Source of the DNA: Felis catus
Taxonomy: Eukaryota
Direction: 5' to 3'
Assembly (NCBI RefSeq): GCF_018350175.1
Contig: NC_058368.1
Span: forward strand, 137,270,001 to 137,334,000
DNA: 64,000 nt
Of this stretch, positions 62,600 to 64,000 are shown one piece after another (position 1 is the first letter of the stretch; each line of letters opens with the position of its first letter). The notes under the pieces were generated by a model that did no database searches, was not told where the DNA came from, and saw only the letters and a program-made list of their open reading frames with translations. The translations under genes were made by a program, and so were the position numbers.

Positions 62600-64000
62600 C
62601 AGGGGTCCTGTGTGTTCGAGAATGTCAGTAGCCACAGAACCTCCAGACTTCCATCCCACCTTTAATTGTCTGCACTCCAGTTCATAAAAGGGTCTATATA
62701 TGTCTTTCTAAAAAACAAAACAAAACACTAAAAATCCCTCCTAACTCTTTATACCCTTCTACTGTGCCCACTGGAATTTACAGTCCTTCATCTGCAGAGT
62801 CCGGTCTCAACCTGTTCTTAAACATTTCCTTCACTTCCTTGCTCTTCTGGAAAGCTGACTTTTTGTGCTGTGCAGTTGTGGGTGTTGTTTTCTATAGCCC
62901 TTCTAATCAGTGTTTCTAGAGGTGGGAAAGATGTCTGCCGTGCAACTCCTTGCTGCTTTCAGTCTCTTCTCCCTTCGTCCTCCCTAAAAATCCTCAGATT
63001 ATATAATCCATTACTCCTCATGGTGGTTATTTACTGTTGATAGTATAATTGCTATCTGTGACCTCCAGATCATTCCTCTTCATTTTTCAATTGTTTTAGC
63101 TCCAGGTTCATTGCCCCTCTCTTCAGTACTGTCTCAGTCTTTATATTGAAATTGAAAAAAATGTACATAACTGATATTTCCAATATCCTGGCCTCTCATT
63201 CCTAGACCTTTCCTCCAGTGCTCGTCTATCCTGTCTCAGTCACTCACTCCCATAGTGACACCCTTCTGCCTTGTCAGTGACTACAGTCCTTACATAGTTA
63301 CAATTTTATGTGTTCTATTTTGTGACCCCACTTTCTGTTTTTGTAGTTCACTCCTTCTGGTTAATATCTCAGCCCCAACCATCTTTTGACCCCAGCGTAA
63401 TCTCCATTGTATCGATCCTGTTATTGTTTCCCTGCCACTCTTGATATTTTCACTCCCCTTCTTAACCCGGCTGAAATTTCATGGTTAATCTTTTTTAATT
63501 TTTTTTTTTTAATTTAGTTTTGAGAGAGTGAGCACATGCACATGAGCAGGGGAGGGGCAGAGAGAGAGGAAGACAGAAGAGAGAGCCTGATGCAGGACTC
63601 AAACTCACAGAACTGTAAGATCATGACCTGAGCCGAAGTCAGACGCTCAACCAACTGAGCCACCCAGGCACCCACAGTTTATCATTTTAATCACTCCTTT
63701 GGATCCACTTCCTTGCTCTTTGCTTGTTTGGTAGAAACACAGGCCTACGTAAAACCAATTCTCTGCTTTGTACCTGCCATTATGCAACTTAGTATAGCTG
63801 GAAGAAAACACACAACCATACCTGACCACTTTACTCAAGGGGACCCTTGATGCTGCCTGTTGGTTGCACTGTGTTTTCTTAGTCTGTTCACTCTCCTATT
63901 CCTGTATGACTATTTCATATCTTCTCTTTCTCAAACCTTCAGATCTCTTTTCCCATCCTCACTTTTAGCTCATACGTGACCTTGCTTCCTGCTTTGCTAA
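62600..64000 (+). mobile_element. L2 internal fragment with nested SINE at 63491-63673 (-)
   Basis: C/T-rich degenerate L2-like sequence (CACTCCCATAGTGACACCCTT, GCTGGAAGAAAACACACAACC); SINE unambiguous. Confidence 0.6.

Larger units (their letters stand above)
56067..64000 (+). other. TNPO1: TNPO1 intron 1 (partial)
   Basis: Follows the donor; no QTKMEYEWKP-coding exon found in the window; contains SINE, MIR and L2 repeats. Confidence 0.75.

Noticed and set aside
6648..63673. Recurrent short ORFs (MAQSVK..., ...GAWVAQS...) and tRNA-like A/B boxes
   Set aside because: Translations and heads of tRNA-derived CAN-SINEs, not genes or true tRNAs; dispersed rather than regularly spaced, so not CRISPR-like

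Overview
Mammalian genomic DNA from a felid, most likely domestic cat, judged from ~35 tRNA-derived CAN/SINEC_Fc SINEs and carnivore L1s. The first ~55 kb is repeat-rich and has no supportable protein-coding gene. It ends in a CpG-island promoter (~55.7-56.6 kb) whose first exon encodes MVWDR followed by a GTAGGT donor. I recognise this as the N-terminus of the long isoform of transportin-1 (TNPO1), and the rest of the window is intron 1. Notable structures: (i) a fold-back SINE insertion at 35.5-35.85 kb, with two identical 128-bp inverted arms inside one 16-bp target-site duplication (TSD); (ii) an ancient class I ERV provirus (21.69-30.37 kb, minus strand) with both LTRs, a 4-bp TSD, a tRNA-Gln PBS and gag/pro/env remnants; (iii) a 5'-inverted (twin-primed) L1 nested in a SINE tail; (iv) an old hAT-Tip100 transposon fossil containing a small CpG-dense patch. 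No prokaryotic-type system, CRISPR array or intact mobile-element ORF was found. Repeat subfamily names are from memory of consensus sequences, and the boundaries of old repeats are approximate.
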